Positions 38,436 through 51,860 of a stretch of 64,000 bases of DNA are shown in pieces. Source of the stretch: Catajapyx aquilonaris (Eukaryota); assembly GCA_000934665.2 (NCBI GenBank), contig KZ538627.1:1-64000 (forward strand), read 5' to 3'. A program made the position numbers and the translations under genes. The number at the start of each line of letters is the position of its first letter. The first letter of the stretch is position 1. The notes beneath the pieces are model-generated. The model did no database searches. It saw only the letters and a list, made by a program, of their open reading frames with translations, and was not told the origin of the DNA.

Positions 38436-39289
38436 ACGACTCTCTCGATTTCAGAATCAGTGTATTATCTTGTAATGTCATTGAGCAACATTCGATATTT
38501 TGTGAATATTCGTAGCTGCTAGTTTTTAACAGCTATAATTAGCAGTAATGTTGTGTTAATTTGACGTGTCATTAGCTGCGAGTTAGGCCTAGTTGTATGA
38601 GAGCAAAAGTTAGTGGCAATCTCAGATTATACATGCCAGAACACTCCTTATTAGCGTCAGTACAACTGTGTTTCATTGTACAAAATTCTCACAGCGTGTT
38701 AATACCCGAACGGAATTTGAGTCCCACCCTGTACAAGCTCTATCTTTTTTTTTATTCTCGTGAAGAAAGGTGCAGGACGTGGTCTGGTCCTGTACTTTGG
38801 CAGACACTTGGTTCTCAGACAGATTATAGGTCTCTTTCGTCCCCGTCAAATATCCTTCCGGTTATAGGGGAGGGGGACGGAAGGAGGGGGAAGGAGGAGG
38901 AGGAGGGAAAAAAGGGAAGAAGGAATCCGGCGCAGTTGGAAAGTCAAGTTATCGATTCCCTTTCACACAATTTGGCCGCTCCGTCGGTCATGACGCTATG
39001 AAAGTTTTGCCGGCTAATTCCACCCCATCCGCCCTCCCTTCCCCCTTCTTCAGATTGATGGTATCGGGATTAGGCCACATTCCATCTTGCAACTCACCAG
39101 ACGGGTATCGACAGTTTCAAATTGCCAAAGGATGGAACGCCCTTTAATTTATTTCAATTGACTGACGCCGGCACGCCACTACCAAGGATTCAATTATTGG
39201 GGACACACGGGAACGAACCGGAACGTGCCGGATCGAACCGGGCACTTCCGGTGGAAAAAGGCTCAAGGAGCTATTTTAAGCAGTTTATC

Positions 39290-40330
39290 CATAGTGATTG
39301 TGGCCATCTTGGTTATATCGGTTACGCTAGTTATATTGGCGGTAAGGTACGTAAGTTCTCCATTACTTATATTGGTTTCCAACAACCAATATAACTGCTC
39401 TAACAGACAACCAATATAGCTGATATAACTGACCAGATCAATGTAAGCAAATAACTAACAACGAACACTGTATAACCAATGTAACCAACCACCAATGTAA
39501 CCAATTTACAAATATACAGGGTGGTCCAAGTTCAAGTGTCGTTTTATAACGGCGATTAATAGCAGTGATTTTGTGATGACGTAGCAGCGATGTGTAAAAT
39601 TGCCCACTTCGATTGCGCCGAAGATGCGCCGAAGTGGGACATTTTACGCGTCGCTGCTACGTCATCGTTAAGCGCTTCTATTAATCGCCGTTATAAAACG
39701 ACACTTGAACTTGGACCACCCTGTATAATATTGCTTTTTGTTATTAGCTTATATTAGTTATGTCAGTTATATCAGCTGCATTGGTTGTCAGTTAGAGTAG
39801 CTATATTGGTTATTGGAAACCCACATAAGCAATAGGCCTACTCGTACATAGCTTTATCAGTATTATTGTTATATTCATCACGTCAGTCAGCGATATTCGT
39901 TAAATATCAGTTATAATGGTTATATTGGCTGTTATGTCGGTTATATAGATTTGTAATTTATATTAGCTATAGTGGTTATATCAGCTAAATTTATATTCAT
40001 AACGGTTATATTGGTTGCAAGTTACGCTAGTCATAATTATGGCATATTGGTTGTATTGGTTATGTCAGTTGTAGCCGTTATGTTGGTTATGTAACTTTAG
40101 TAGTTATATTGGTTATGTAACTAGCAGTTATATTGGTTATGTAACTTTAGCAGTTATATTGGTTATGAACTTTAGTAGTTATATTGGCTATGTAACTTTA
40201 GCAGTTATATTCATCACGTCAATCATCGTTATATTTGTTATATAGCTATGATTGTAATGGTTATCTCGGCTATATAGTCTATATTGGTTATGTTAGTTAT
40301 AATCGTTGTTAAAATAACTTAGTTATACAG
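39290..40330. repeat. GTTATATTGGTT degenerate block with an internal inversion
   Basis: TAGCAGTTATATTGGTTATGTAACTT units at 40080-40210; 39360-39510 is in the opposite orientation. Confidence 0.85.
39517..39723. mobile_element. Tc1/mariner-type MITE, 207-bp full-length hairpin
   Basis: TA|CAGGGTGGTCCAAGTTCAAGTGTCGTTTTATAACGGCGATTAATAG ... CTATTAATCGCCGTTATAAAACGACACTTGAACTTGGACCACCCTG|TA; about 46 bp of perfect terminal match. Confidence 0.9.
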
Positions 40331-41177
40331 TAGAGGGTGTGGAGCAGCTGCTGGTACATTCAACAGTTACACTTGGGCCGTGTTGCCATATTCATCGCAC
40401 GTTATAAGTGTGACCGGAAGCAGCCGTTTTTCCACCTCCTTTTTTTAAAAAAATTCCAGAGGGTTGAATGGCCCGGAGGCGAAACCGGCTTCAATTTGCA
40501 GCTATTTCGGCGCTAACCTGACCGGAGCGGGGCTTAATCCGGGTCGCAGCCTAATGAATAGAATAACATCTCATGTCCGGTCTCGCTCCCGACTGACCCG
40601 TGAATGTTGTATCGCCTACTAATTCTGAACGGCCAACCACCAAGCCCAACTTGGCAAGGGTCAAAGGGAACTAGGATTTTTTTTTTTCTCACCGCCACAT
40701 TTTCAATTTAGGACCAGTTGAAGCCTAATTAGGAAAAATATCCGATTATGATTGTAGGTAATCGCAGATTTTCTCCCAACTTTATATGTATTTGCAAATA
40801 TAATGGAGATTCCTTTTGTATCAGTGATGCTGTATGGATTTATGTTACCGCAACAGTACTGCCTTTGTTGCGGCCCTGCCAGGCACGGTTCGTCGCCCTG
40901 AATGATTTCTTAATTTTTAAAATTTGAGTAAATATCGCATTTTCAGATGTTTTTAATTTAATTGGGGAAAATGCTTAGCAGACAAGTCGACCCCTAACTT
41001 TTTGACCCGACTTATGGCCCCGTAACCATACGGCATAAGATCATGCAAATGCGATTTCTCCAAGGAGGAATAAAAACAGAAGCAGAAGTTGAATCAAGAA
41101 CGAGTTGGGACTATTCTTCACTCCCATTATACAATATACTGTATACTCTCTCTCCGGTCCGTACATTGTGCATATAA

Positions 41178-41354
41178 CAGGGTGTTTCGTAAGGACTCCA
41201 ACCTCTAGTCAATGTCCGTTAATGTCCGTCATGATACGTAAAGGCAATTATCTTAGTAACGAATCTTCATACAACAAATGACACCTGTACTTAAAATGAT
41301 TCAATGTATACGAACCATCTTTAGAAGTTTGTCCGAACATTCAGAAACACCATG
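41178..41354. mobile_element. Degenerate CAGGGTG-type MITE
   Basis: CAGGGTGTTTC ... GAAACACCATG|TA, with weak subterminal pairing. Confidence 0.5.
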
Positions 41355-44329
41355 TACCCCGCCATGGAAGAACCCGTTTTAAGTAGTGATCATAATAAGG
41401 GGTTGGGGTGCCCTCAAGAGACAGCGTGTAAACAGGGCTAAATTGTGCAAATGTATTCATCTCCGGGAGGTTACAGAGCTTCAGAGCAATTCCGAGTACA
41501 GTCTGCCAAGCACTTGGTCGCGACCCGCATAATGATACAACCGGTTTTTAGTTGTTGTTGGGAAGGGGTCGGAAGATGGGGTGGTCTTAGTATAGTTTGC
41601 GGTACTTACAACAATATTACATGTGAGCAAAATGGCGCAGCGTAGCTAGTGACATCTATGGTTGCCAGATGATTTACTGACGTCATCGGCGCCATTTTCG
41701 TCAAGCAGTGTTGCCTGGTAGTGATATCCTTAGTAAGAAGTGTAGCCAGTGACATCTAGGATAATTTACAGACGTCATTTTGTCAGTGTTGCCAGATAAC
41801 GTCATTCGTTAGCAGTGTTGCCAGGTAATTCATACGCAGTGTTGCCAGGTATATAATCTGGCTCTCTCCTCTCTCCACACGTGTCATAGGTATCTATCCA
41901 CCTGGCACAGTTTTGATGGCACAAAGGCATGGCCGTGGGGGGCAAACACAACGGAAATGAGAGATAAAACATGTGTTACAGGTGTTTCCAAAAGGGGGTG
42001 GTGGCTGGGGCCATCTGTTGGCCAACCTCCCTCCCTGCCCCATTTGACAAACATTTCTGGCTAATTCCAGGCTCCAGCACAAGGAAACTTCCAATCAAAA
42101 TAAACCGAGGGATATGGAGGAAGGGTATTGCTACACACACACATATGTGTGTGGGTGTGGAAGCGCGTTTATCAATCGCTACCGATATGTATTCATGCTG
42201 TGTTAATATTTGCGTTGGATATTGTGTTGGGGGCACCCACCAATTCCCCCTTTTCAAAAGCCAGCTTTTGTTTTCAATGCTTGAAAGACGAGAGGAAAAA
42301 TTTTATCAAACACAAAAACCATAGGGAGAAGCCGATGGTCTATAGCACTGCTATTTCGATAGCGTTGGCTGAAGACGCACTGTTCAAAATCAAAATTTTT
42401 AAAGTGTCACATATTGAGCGATTAAGCTGCTTGTTTTAACCAGTTACTTTTGAACAGCTAGTTTTATTGGTTATGGAAAATATTATTTGCTATTAGCTAT
42501 TAGGCTAAGTCCATGAACAGTAATTTTTGGATTATCATGTTATTTTGAACTGCTTGTTTTAAGCTGTTACTTTGATACCTCTACTGTAGCGGTTATGAGA
42601 AAATTAGCTTCTAATATTATATTTCTAAACTCACGAACATTATATACACAAAACTGTCGAGTTCAATATACTTGTTTAAATTTAATGATGAAATGACATG
42701 AACATTTTTCTCAATATGGCTCTTTTTGGAAAGTATTCATCACTGTGTACTCTGGAGTACTCAGAAAATATTAGTTGGACATGTATAGTGTACATGTACG
42801 CGTGGTAAAAATAGCGAATTGTTTACCCAAGCAAACCAGTGTAGAGAGAAGAAAAAATCCACACCGGGTTGCTGGAGTAAACAAATAATATTTTCTCTCG
42901 CCAATCCTTCTCCCTTTTGAAATAATTATGGTAGCTGTGACGCACCCTGTACACTGGCTCTGCCTACAATTTTTTTAAAGCGCTTTAAAAGTTCATAAGA
43001 GTCATGAATTACGCAAAGAAAAACAGGGACCAATAAAAAATCCGCGCTTATGAAAGAAGCACCCCCAAACGGGAGGTAAATAAAACCGGGTTAAAGAATA
43101 AAGATGCGGCCATTAAAAAGGGGTGATGTGAGCCAATGAAATTGCCCCTCTGGCATTATATGGGACAAAGTAATTGCAAGGTTTAATAGCCATGCGGCCC
43201 CACCAAAAATTCAGCGGGCAAAAATGAGTTTAAAAAAAATTGTCATCATGAGCCAGGAAGCCAGATTTTTTTTTTGCAAATCTCGCAACTGATTGCATCC
43301 ATTGTTGCCACCTTCTTGTAATATTAGGGGTGATATCTGATCTGCCTATCGATTGTACCGGTGGCGGATGTGGAGTGAAGTTAATACCACCCGAGGCTCC
43401 TTGGTATTCCCACGTCGTACAGGCACCGTTTGGAAGGCTCTTGTGTGCTCGTAAAAAATATATAAGAGAGAGATGGAAGGAGGTCCCGAATTAGCGTGGG
43501 TATGGTGTAGGCCTCGTAGCAGGATGTCACCAAACTTCACTTTTGGGAGCCAGGAAAATTGAGCAGCAAAAGGACCCTTTTTGTCACCTCCTGGGTGATG
43601 ATTTTCTAAGGAACCAATCACCAGTCTGAACAGAACCTATCAGTTTGCTTCAGATAAGAGCTAGCACCACTGACGGTTGGAAATACGTCCAATTTAATTT
43701 TAATAGTGTATTAGTCTGTGACTCTGTCCGGGTACAACCCAAATTTTGCATGCACACTGATAGTAGACACTTCCAAAAAAAAAATATTTGAGAAAAATTG
43801 GTTTCAGCTTCTAAGACTTTGGAAAAATATCGATTCTCTGCCTCTCAGAGCCTTAATATAGCCTCCCCCTTCCTCCACCCTTCTGTTCCTCCCCCATATT
43901 TCCTATGGAATATTGATGCTTTCCTGGACGGTCGTTCGGAAGTTGTCTAGAGCAGATCATACCGAACCTAGGATAACTTTGGTATGTCGTCGGATGCAGG
44001 TCCCGAAGAAGGAAAAAAAAAAGTTCAAAAAATGATGAAGTTGAGCGACGGTCCAATTCGGTCATCAAACTTTGACTATGACTTTCAAGATGAAAAAGAG
44101 GGAGGGAGGGAGGGAGGGGAACATGCCAACAATACTTTTCTTCAGTCTTTAAGACTGCATTAAGCCTTTATTAAGAGGAGAGGTTGAAGACAAACTTTTA
44201 TCATTTGGTCGTACAGTGTTCGTTACCTAAGTTTTTGGAGGGTGTTCTTAAAGGTCGAGATTGGAAACAGGGAGCGATGTTGGTACCGGATCAAGTTCAC
44301 GATTAATTACAATAATAAGAGTGATAAGT

Positions 44330-44935
44330 ATAGGAAACGTTCAGAAAAGAATAAGGCAATTTTGAGGAAAGAATGAGATCATTATCATGAAAGGTTCAGA
44401 AAAGAATGAGGTAATGATGAAGAAAGATTCAGAAAAGAATGAGGTAATGATGAAGAAAGATTCAGAAAATAATGTTTAGTAATGCTGAGGAAAGGTTCAG
44501 AAAATAATGACAGAAAATAATGTTTAGGAAAGAATGAGATCATCCTGAGGGAAGGTTCAGGAAAGAATCAGGTCATCCTGAGGGAAGGTTCAGGAAAGAA
44601 TGAGGGAAGGTTCAGGAAAGAATCGGGTCATCCTGAGGGAAGGTTCAGGAAAGAATTAGGGAAGGTTCAGGAATGAATCGGGTCATCCTGAGGAAAGGTT
44701 CAGGAAAGAATGAGGTCATCTTGAGGGAAGGTTCAGGAAAGAATGAGATCCTGAGGGAAGATTCAGGGAAGAATGAGATCATCCTGGGGGAAGGTTCAGG
44801 AAATATTCAGGTCATCCTGAGAGAAGGTTCAGGAAATAATGAGGGAAGGTTCAGGAAATAATCGGGTGATCCTGAGGAAAGGTTCAGGAAAGAATGAGAT
44901 CATCCTGAGGGAAGGTCAGGAAAGAATGAGGAAAG
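44330..44935 (+). repeat. Purine-rich 33/21-bp minisatellite
   Basis: GAGGGAAGGTTCAGGAAAGAAT(GAGATCATCCT) units. Confidence 0.9.
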
Positions 44936-46094
44936 ATTGATACCAACACTGAAGTGATTATTTCACGAGTCCATATTACAAGATAGTATTTCCTCACAAT
45001 AATATGCCACACCCTGTACAAGTATACACTTCCAAGGCTCGTTAGAAGCCCAGGCGGTCCCCACACAGGCACGACCCACTCCCTGAGACCAATTACCTGG
45101 CGCGAGACTTGTATTTCATTTCGGAATTTCAGTTCAGGGGGGCAAATAACCCCCTGGCCATTGCTCCCCCCTCTCCTTTAATAATCCCCCACTTTCAATT
45201 CGAAAAGCGCCATCTCTCTTTTTTTCTTTCTAAGGAAAAAAAGAGGGGCACGTGCTTGCCTCTTTTCTTTAACGATAATGACACTATGCAGACATCATCG
45301 ATATGCACCGCCCGGTGCTCTTAATGACGACACTGTTTCGCGTCATCCGAGTCTCCCCAAAGACGCCTCGTTATCAAAGCGTCTTCTGATGTTGGTCCGG
45401 ACCGGTAACCACAGGTGGGGGGTAGGGAACAGAGGGGGTTGGGGAGTGTAATAATCAAGAAACGGCGTCGATTGTTGCCGGGAGGGCTGCTACCGACTGG
45501 AAAATTGCATTGTGCAGTACTCCGCTGGTTATACGGAGCGATGGAGGTGAATGGTTTTAGGAGGGTGGAAGGCGTGCTGTTTAATGGCGGATGATGCGAC
45601 ACACACCCTTCGATACCTGCCAGGTTTCATTCAGACGATTGCTTATTAAAAGGACCATGGGGTGTGCTGAACAATGGGTGTGAAGAATGTGAGGTGTTAC
45701 TTGGGGAAATATGAAGAATCAGGAAAATTCGGGATTATTGGGCATGTAGAGGAATGTAGAGGAAATAATGAGGAAATGTTGAGGAAAGAAATTAGTGAAA
45801 ATCTAGAAATATGGTAGAATTTAGGTGACAGTAGAACAATACCCAATAGAATAATATAGGATATATAAACGATAAATGTAGGGAAATTCAGATGAATGAT
45901 ATATGATAAATATATTGCAAATTTTATCTTCCTGCATGCAGAACTTACAACATGCAATTTTTATGCAAAAATCTGGTTCAGACAGATTTGCAATGGCTTT
46001 TTTCCTGCTCATTGAAGCCTGCTTTGAATACACACTCTTTACATGGTATATGGCCTCCCTGATAATAATCGCTTCTTTTTGATGTTATTTCCAG

Positions 46095-46201
46095 TGGATG
46101 CGTTCCAGCCAGAGTTTGCGGAGCCGATAATCAACATCACGGTGCCAGTGGGAAGAGATGCGACCTTCACTTGCATTGTTAACCATCTTGGAGGCTACAG
46201 G
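46095..46201 (+). CDS. DIP-alpha: Internal exon of a DIP (Dpr-interacting protein)/lachesin/IgLON-family gene; start of Ig domain 1
   Basis: Acceptor ttatttccag|TG (phase 1), donor AGG|gtgagt (phase 0). Translates xDAFQPEFAEPIINITVPVGRDATFTCIVNHLGGYR, closely matching the DIP-alpha Ig1 N-terminus as I recall it (AFQPEF...VGRDATFTC.V.HLGGYR). Not in the ORF track because it is short and has no start codon. Confidence 0.93.
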
Positions 46202-46980
46202 GTGAGTCCACAAAAAGCTTGACTTGTGCAATATAGGGTATGAACCTAGATAAATTAACTAAATGACAGGCCTATTCACACCAGTTGGTCTCGTGCAATT
46301 TTGACCCGGTCCCAGCCGTGTCTCCAGTACACGGTACAGCGCAAACGACTTTACAAAGTAATGACATGTCGACAACCCCAGGACGGAACAAACGACCAGG
46401 GTCCTTTCCCTGACACAATCGATCCAAACCCTCTGAATTAACCCTCCATTTATATTTTGGGGCGAAAAGTTGTGGACAAAAACCCATAGACCCAATTCCC
46501 CCCTATTCTGATTCCGGATGTTTACCCAACTCGCAGTGTCCCCAACATTTCACACCTACACTACAGGGGAGGGTGGGGGGACAGATAATGTATCGGGGGG
46601 GTCAGCCTTGCGTGAAAACACAACACATCCAGTCCATATCTGCAGGTCGCAGTCCTTTGTAAATGCCCCATCAATACAAGCGGTCACCACCACCAGGAGT
46701 GCATTAATATGCGGCTATCGCTGCAATCCACATCCGATCGAGGACTACCCATACTAGGCTGGTGGGTGGGGGGGGGGGGTGGTTCATAAGCCGCCTCTTT
46801 TTACCCCCGTGATTCCAACACCCCTCATATCAACATAATGCAGTAAGCAATTATTGCTTTCATCTGGTTGTCTCTAGCACACCCGACCCAATTATTGGCC
46901 TCCAAATCCCGGATTGGGACCACTGGTTCGTTATCTCTTTAGTCGGCCTGGCAGTGACTAGCGATAAAAGTGTCGTAGAT

Positions 46981-47358
46981 TGGTTAGGTTAGGTTAGGTT
47001 AGGTTAGGTAAGAGCAAGGGTTAGCTATATTAAGATGGTTAGGTAAGGTAAAAGTAAGGGTTAGATGGCTAGGTAAGACTCTTACCTAACTCTCTAACCC
47101 TTACTCTTACTCTTACCTAACCTTCCTAACCCTTACCCTTACTCTTACTCTTACCTAACCTTCCTAACCCTTACCCTTACTCTTACTCTTACCTAACCTT
47201 CCTAACCCTTACCCTTACTCTTACTCTTACCGTAAGAGCAAGGGTTAGGATGGTTACGCAAGAGTAGGAGTAAGGGTTAGGATGGTTAGGTAAGAGTAAG
47301 AGTAAGGGTTTAGAAGGTTAGGTAAGAGTAAGAGTAAGGATTAGGATGGTTAGGTTAC
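46981..47358. repeat. TTAGG-derived repeat with two orientation switches
   Basis: (GGTTA)n at 46981-47010; C-rich 39-bp units CTAACCCTTACCCTTACTCTTACTCTTACCTAACCTTC to about 47230; G-rich units after that. Confidence 0.9.
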
Positions 47359-48469
47359 ACATAAGATATCTTGCGGATCTCTGAAGATATCGCCTTTAAA
47401 ACCGGGTTGCCAGATCCGTATAATTACACCCCCTTATAGGAATATGGAAGGTCTGGTCTTGCCTGCTGGTGGTGTGTGTGCCATCCGGATGGCGCGGGGT
47501 TTGCTCGGGTAATAAACGAGCCAAGTTTGTAGGCCGTTTGTCATATGGCGGCGGGGGCCATTATTACTCCCACCCGAGGGAGGGAAGGGAGCTTCCCCCC
47601 TCCCTACCCTCCTCCGATCGGATCGGAAGGGACCTGCCAGATGAGGAAAAGATTTGCAAATTCTACCCTCCAAGTTCGGCAGCTTCCCCACCTACCCTTT
47701 TTGGAAGAGAAGCATTAAGCGAAATCAGGCAGAGGCATTTGTCACAGTTGCGTCGAAGAGATGTCGCCAAAAAGGGGATTTGCAAAACAGGCGACAGGAT
47801 GGAGGGGAATTTCCCATCAGACACAGGTGAAATGTATGGGGAAAATATTCGGGTATTGAATTTCGTTGTTGTTTGAATAGAAATGGACGGAAACATATGT
47901 ATTATTAAGCAGAGGTTCATTAAGCATGACACATGCTGCCAGTCAGTTGACACTAGACACACACGGTCGCCCTATGCACGCTCTGCTACCAATGGCCACC
48001 CCATATAATATTTTGTTATATGTGTTAAAATATGGCCACATTGTAACATATTGTCACACACAATTCAACATATGTACAGCGTGGATTATAACGTCCCTCC
48101 GCTTTTTTCCTTCGTTTTTCTTTCTCCTGTCAGCAACCCCATTTGCACCAGCTTCCTTTAGGAGCAGAGAAGAGGCGCAAATCCTCCTTCAGAGTCTGGT
48201 TGGCACAAGGACATTAAAAGAGAAGGAGGCCTCCCCCGAATGTTCTTAGCGTTTTCGGCAGCGGGGGCTCTTCACAGCGGGCCTGAAGTAGCTTTCGGGA
48301 GATCCCAAGAGGGATGAATAGAGTCACAATGTTGGGGCTGCTGTCAAAACATCCCAACCAACCAGCCACACTCTTAGCTTGCGCCCACACAAAAAATGGT
48401 GGAAGAGCCTCAAAAAGAAAAATTCAAGATGCCCGAAAGGGATAAGAGGTGATGGAAAAAGGTTCGGTT

Positions 48470-49030
48470 ATTTGAGACTAATACTGCTATTCAAAACAGC
48501 AATTATATATGACTACTATAAAATTGAAATTGTCATAAAAATGGTGGAAATAGCAGTTTGACTAACAACTGTAACTGCTACTGACACTCAAAATCGCAGT
48601 GATCAGTTAAAATTCCTATGTGGCCACTGCGTTGTTCTCAATAAAAAATTAGATAATATCACTTTGACTTACAGGGATAACTTCTATTCAAAAAGTAGTT
48701 ACAAGTATCGGTACTCAATAATACAAATATTAAATTGTCGTGGAAAATGGATAAAATAGCAGATTAAGCATCAATTTCAGGAACTGCTACTACTCGAAAG
48801 TAGCAGCTGTCTTACAAAAATACAATACGGTCGATTGAATTGTTTTCCAGTAGAATTGAGGAAATAGCAGTTCGACAGCTGTACATGCTACTGCTATTCC
48901 AAAAGTAGCAGTGAATAGTACCAAAATATCCAATATGGCTGACACGCCAATTTAATTGTTATTCAGGAAAACTCTATATTAGACTAACAGATATTGCTTC
49001 TACTGCTATCTATTTAAAAATAGCGGTGAT
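48470..49030 (+). repeat. AAATAGCAG/CTGCTA degenerate block
   Basis: Recurrent AAATAGCAG and ACTGCTA motifs. Confidence 0.6.
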
Positions 49031-49704
49031 TACTTTTTATTGAACAGTACGGGAGAAACCACCTTGATAGAGTGCTGTTGGCTCTTTTTGTCCGCGGCAT
49101 TTATTTCACATATGGCTATGGTGGTGTGGCCCGACGTTGTCACTCTGGATGGCCAACTTTCATACGTCAGAGGGCAGCCCTGGAGTCCATTACTGTTGAG
49201 CACTAGTTGCATTAGACGCTGCCCATCATGACAGTGCTGCCACCTAAGCTAATGGATTAGCTTGTCATGCGACTCGCTAAATATTTGATGCCCATTTTGC
49301 TCCCTCATTTATAGGCTCATGATTAATTCCGCCTGTGTAACACCGCACCGTATAATATTCGTTATCCGCCGCTTTGAAATTTGTTATTTTTCAACACCCT
49401 ATACGAACCTTTGCAGCAGTGACATTTTGCTTAAAAAAAATTGCGTTCATGTGTGCAATCGCTGCGAAACGTCAGTTGTTTCAGGCCGCTCGCAGCTGTT
49501 CAAAGAGTTGGCTTCAAAAATAGCATATCTATGCTGCATAGCTCACAGTCAGTCATGTACTGTACTGTGTACTACTACATGCAAAGGCTAACATGTACTG
49601 GACAATGAACACGCCCTAATTCAAGAGGTTCGGGAGAAATATTATGCAGAATTTATTGATTGTCTACCCTGGCAACCAGTTTCGAGAGACAACCAAGTTT
49701 GCTT

Positions 49705-49782
49705 ATATTATGTGCCATCATGAGCTCGCCAAACATGGCTGTGCAAGCCATGTTTGGGCGAGCTCATGATGGCACATAATAT
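49705..49782. other. 78-nt near-perfect hairpin in a DIP intron
   Basis: ATATTATGTGCCATCATGAGCTCGCCAAACATGGCT-GTGCA-AGCCATGTTTGGGCGAGCTCATGATGGCACATAATAT: 36-bp stem, one bulged G, 5-nt loop. Confidence 0.9.
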
Positions 49783-49784
49783 TT

Positions 49785-50370
49785 AATTATTTATACACTT
49801 TTCATACCATTTTAATATTTTTACACTTTTCGTACAATTATATTATTTTTACACTTCGTACAATTTTATTTTTAATTTTTGATTTAATAGTTATGATACT
49901 TCAATTAGTACGTATTAGTTATTAGGCCACTAGTGTAAGTTATAAAATTATCAGTTCGTATTTCACACTAAGTTAGTTATTAATTCACACAAGTTAGTTA
50001 TTAATTCACACAAGTAAGTTATTATTTCCCACAAGTTATTATTTCACGTTAGTTATTGCTTCACACTAGTTATTATTTCATATTAGTTATTACCTCATAT
50101 TAGTTATTACCTCATATTAGTTATTACTTCATATTAGTTATTACTTCATATTAGTTACTTTATATTATTTTTTACTTCATATTAGTTACTTTATATTATT
50201 TGTTACTTCATATTAGTTACTCCATATTACTTACTCTATATTAGTTCATATTAGTTGTTACTTCATATTAGTTTCGCTTCATAGTAATGTTGTTGCTTTT
50301 TATTGGTTATTAATAGTTGTTAGATTACATTACCGGTATTTATTATAGTTTTTATTTTATTTTATTTGAG
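49785..50370 (+). repeat. ATATTAGTTATTAC(T/C)TC block (17-bp units)
   Basis: CATATTAGTTATTAC(C/T)T repeats at about 50080-50270. Confidence 0.85.
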
Positions 50371-51249
50371 TTATAAAGAGGAGCAACCCTTTGGAAGCGG
50401 CTATTGCATGGCACATAAGTACTTGTATTAGCGAGCGCTATTTTATAAGTAATTATCGGGGGATGACACTGCTAATTGACGTTTACAAAAAATTAGTGCG
50501 TGCCCTCTTCCGACCATATTTATTTAACCAGGAGCCCGAACACAATAATAAACAGGCGGTGGTGAACAGCTAACCGCAAAAACCAAATCATTACATAATT
50601 ACCCGGTTATCTATACCAATTAGCACAATGCAATGGCGATACTATCCTCACCTCCCCCCATCCACACCCCCTGCCCCCACTCATAAACATAATTATGCCA
50701 TTCGCAGTTACCTATCCCGCATGTTAACACTCCAAACCTTAGCAATATGTTGTAATTAACCAGCAGGGGTAATTAGCGCTGCAGTTAGGCAACCCTGCCT
50801 GCCCCTAACTTTAACCCTCCGTAAACTTTCTGCTGTATGTTTCCACGTGGACATAAATGATGTACGCAGCCGGTACTTGCGACCGCAGGCATAAATGGTT
50901 GATTTGTGATTGGCTGTGAGGTCATATTCCCCCCCCCTCCCTTCCCTCCCCACTCCCCCGCCTTTCTCCTCCCCACAAATTGCGACATCAATATTGGAAA
51001 TGTTCGATGAATATTTAAAGTCGATCAAAAGTGATCTGGACCAGCAGCATGCTGAAATTTTGATCCGCGTTGCCCCTGTGTATACATATGTGCGTAGGGG
51101 TTGCTGTTTGCGTAAAAATCGCTCAACCGTGATATCCTATATACCAGCTATTTCGATACCGAATAAGTTGATCAAGGCTATGAAAGCTCAAGGCAAGAAG
51201 CGAATTTTGCCAACCCGTTCCTTCCGATCACTTTGACTAAGCACAAGTT

Positions 51250-51860
51250 ATTCATTACATCAGTTATTTACAATTCAAGTGATTGTACACCAGTTATTTA
51301 CTATAATATATCAGTTATTTACAATTCAAGTGATTGTACATCAGTTATTTACTATAATATATCAGTTATTTACAATTCAAGTGATTGTACATCAGTTATT
51401 AATAATAATATATCAGTTATTTCAGGCGCTAATAATATTACATCAGTTATTTCAGGCGATAATTATATTATATCAGTTATTTTCTGTTATTTACTTATCT
51501 GCTATACATCGGCTTTTATTAGTTATTTTTGACATTTAGCTGTTATGGTATTAGTTATTTATCTGTTATTTTGTCGGCCGTTATTTTAAATGGTTTTCAG
51601 TCATTTTAGCTGGGATTGTATATGCTATTTATATCAGCTGTTTATAATTTTTCTGTTATTCCATACGTTATTTAATATATCAGTTATTCCACACATTATT
51701 TAATATCAGTTATTCCACACATTATTTAATATCAGTTATTCCATACGTTATTCATTATATTAGTTTTGTCAGTTGTTTTATCTGTTATTTAGTTAATAGT
51801 ATAGCTTGTAGTATGCTCATTTTAGTTGTGATTTTATTAGTTGCTCATTATTATAATTAT
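51250..51860 (+). repeat. ATCAGTTATT block with a 51-bp subrepeat
   Basis: TCAGTTATTTACAATTCAAGTGATTGTACATCAGTTATTTACTATAATATA about x3. Confidence 0.85.

Noticed and set aside
39225..39419. Hydrophobic ORF with nearby GTAAG donors as the first exon
   Set aside because: Starts at GTG, the hydrophobicity comes from the GTTATAT repeat, and the donors are phase 0 or 2 rather than the required phase 1.
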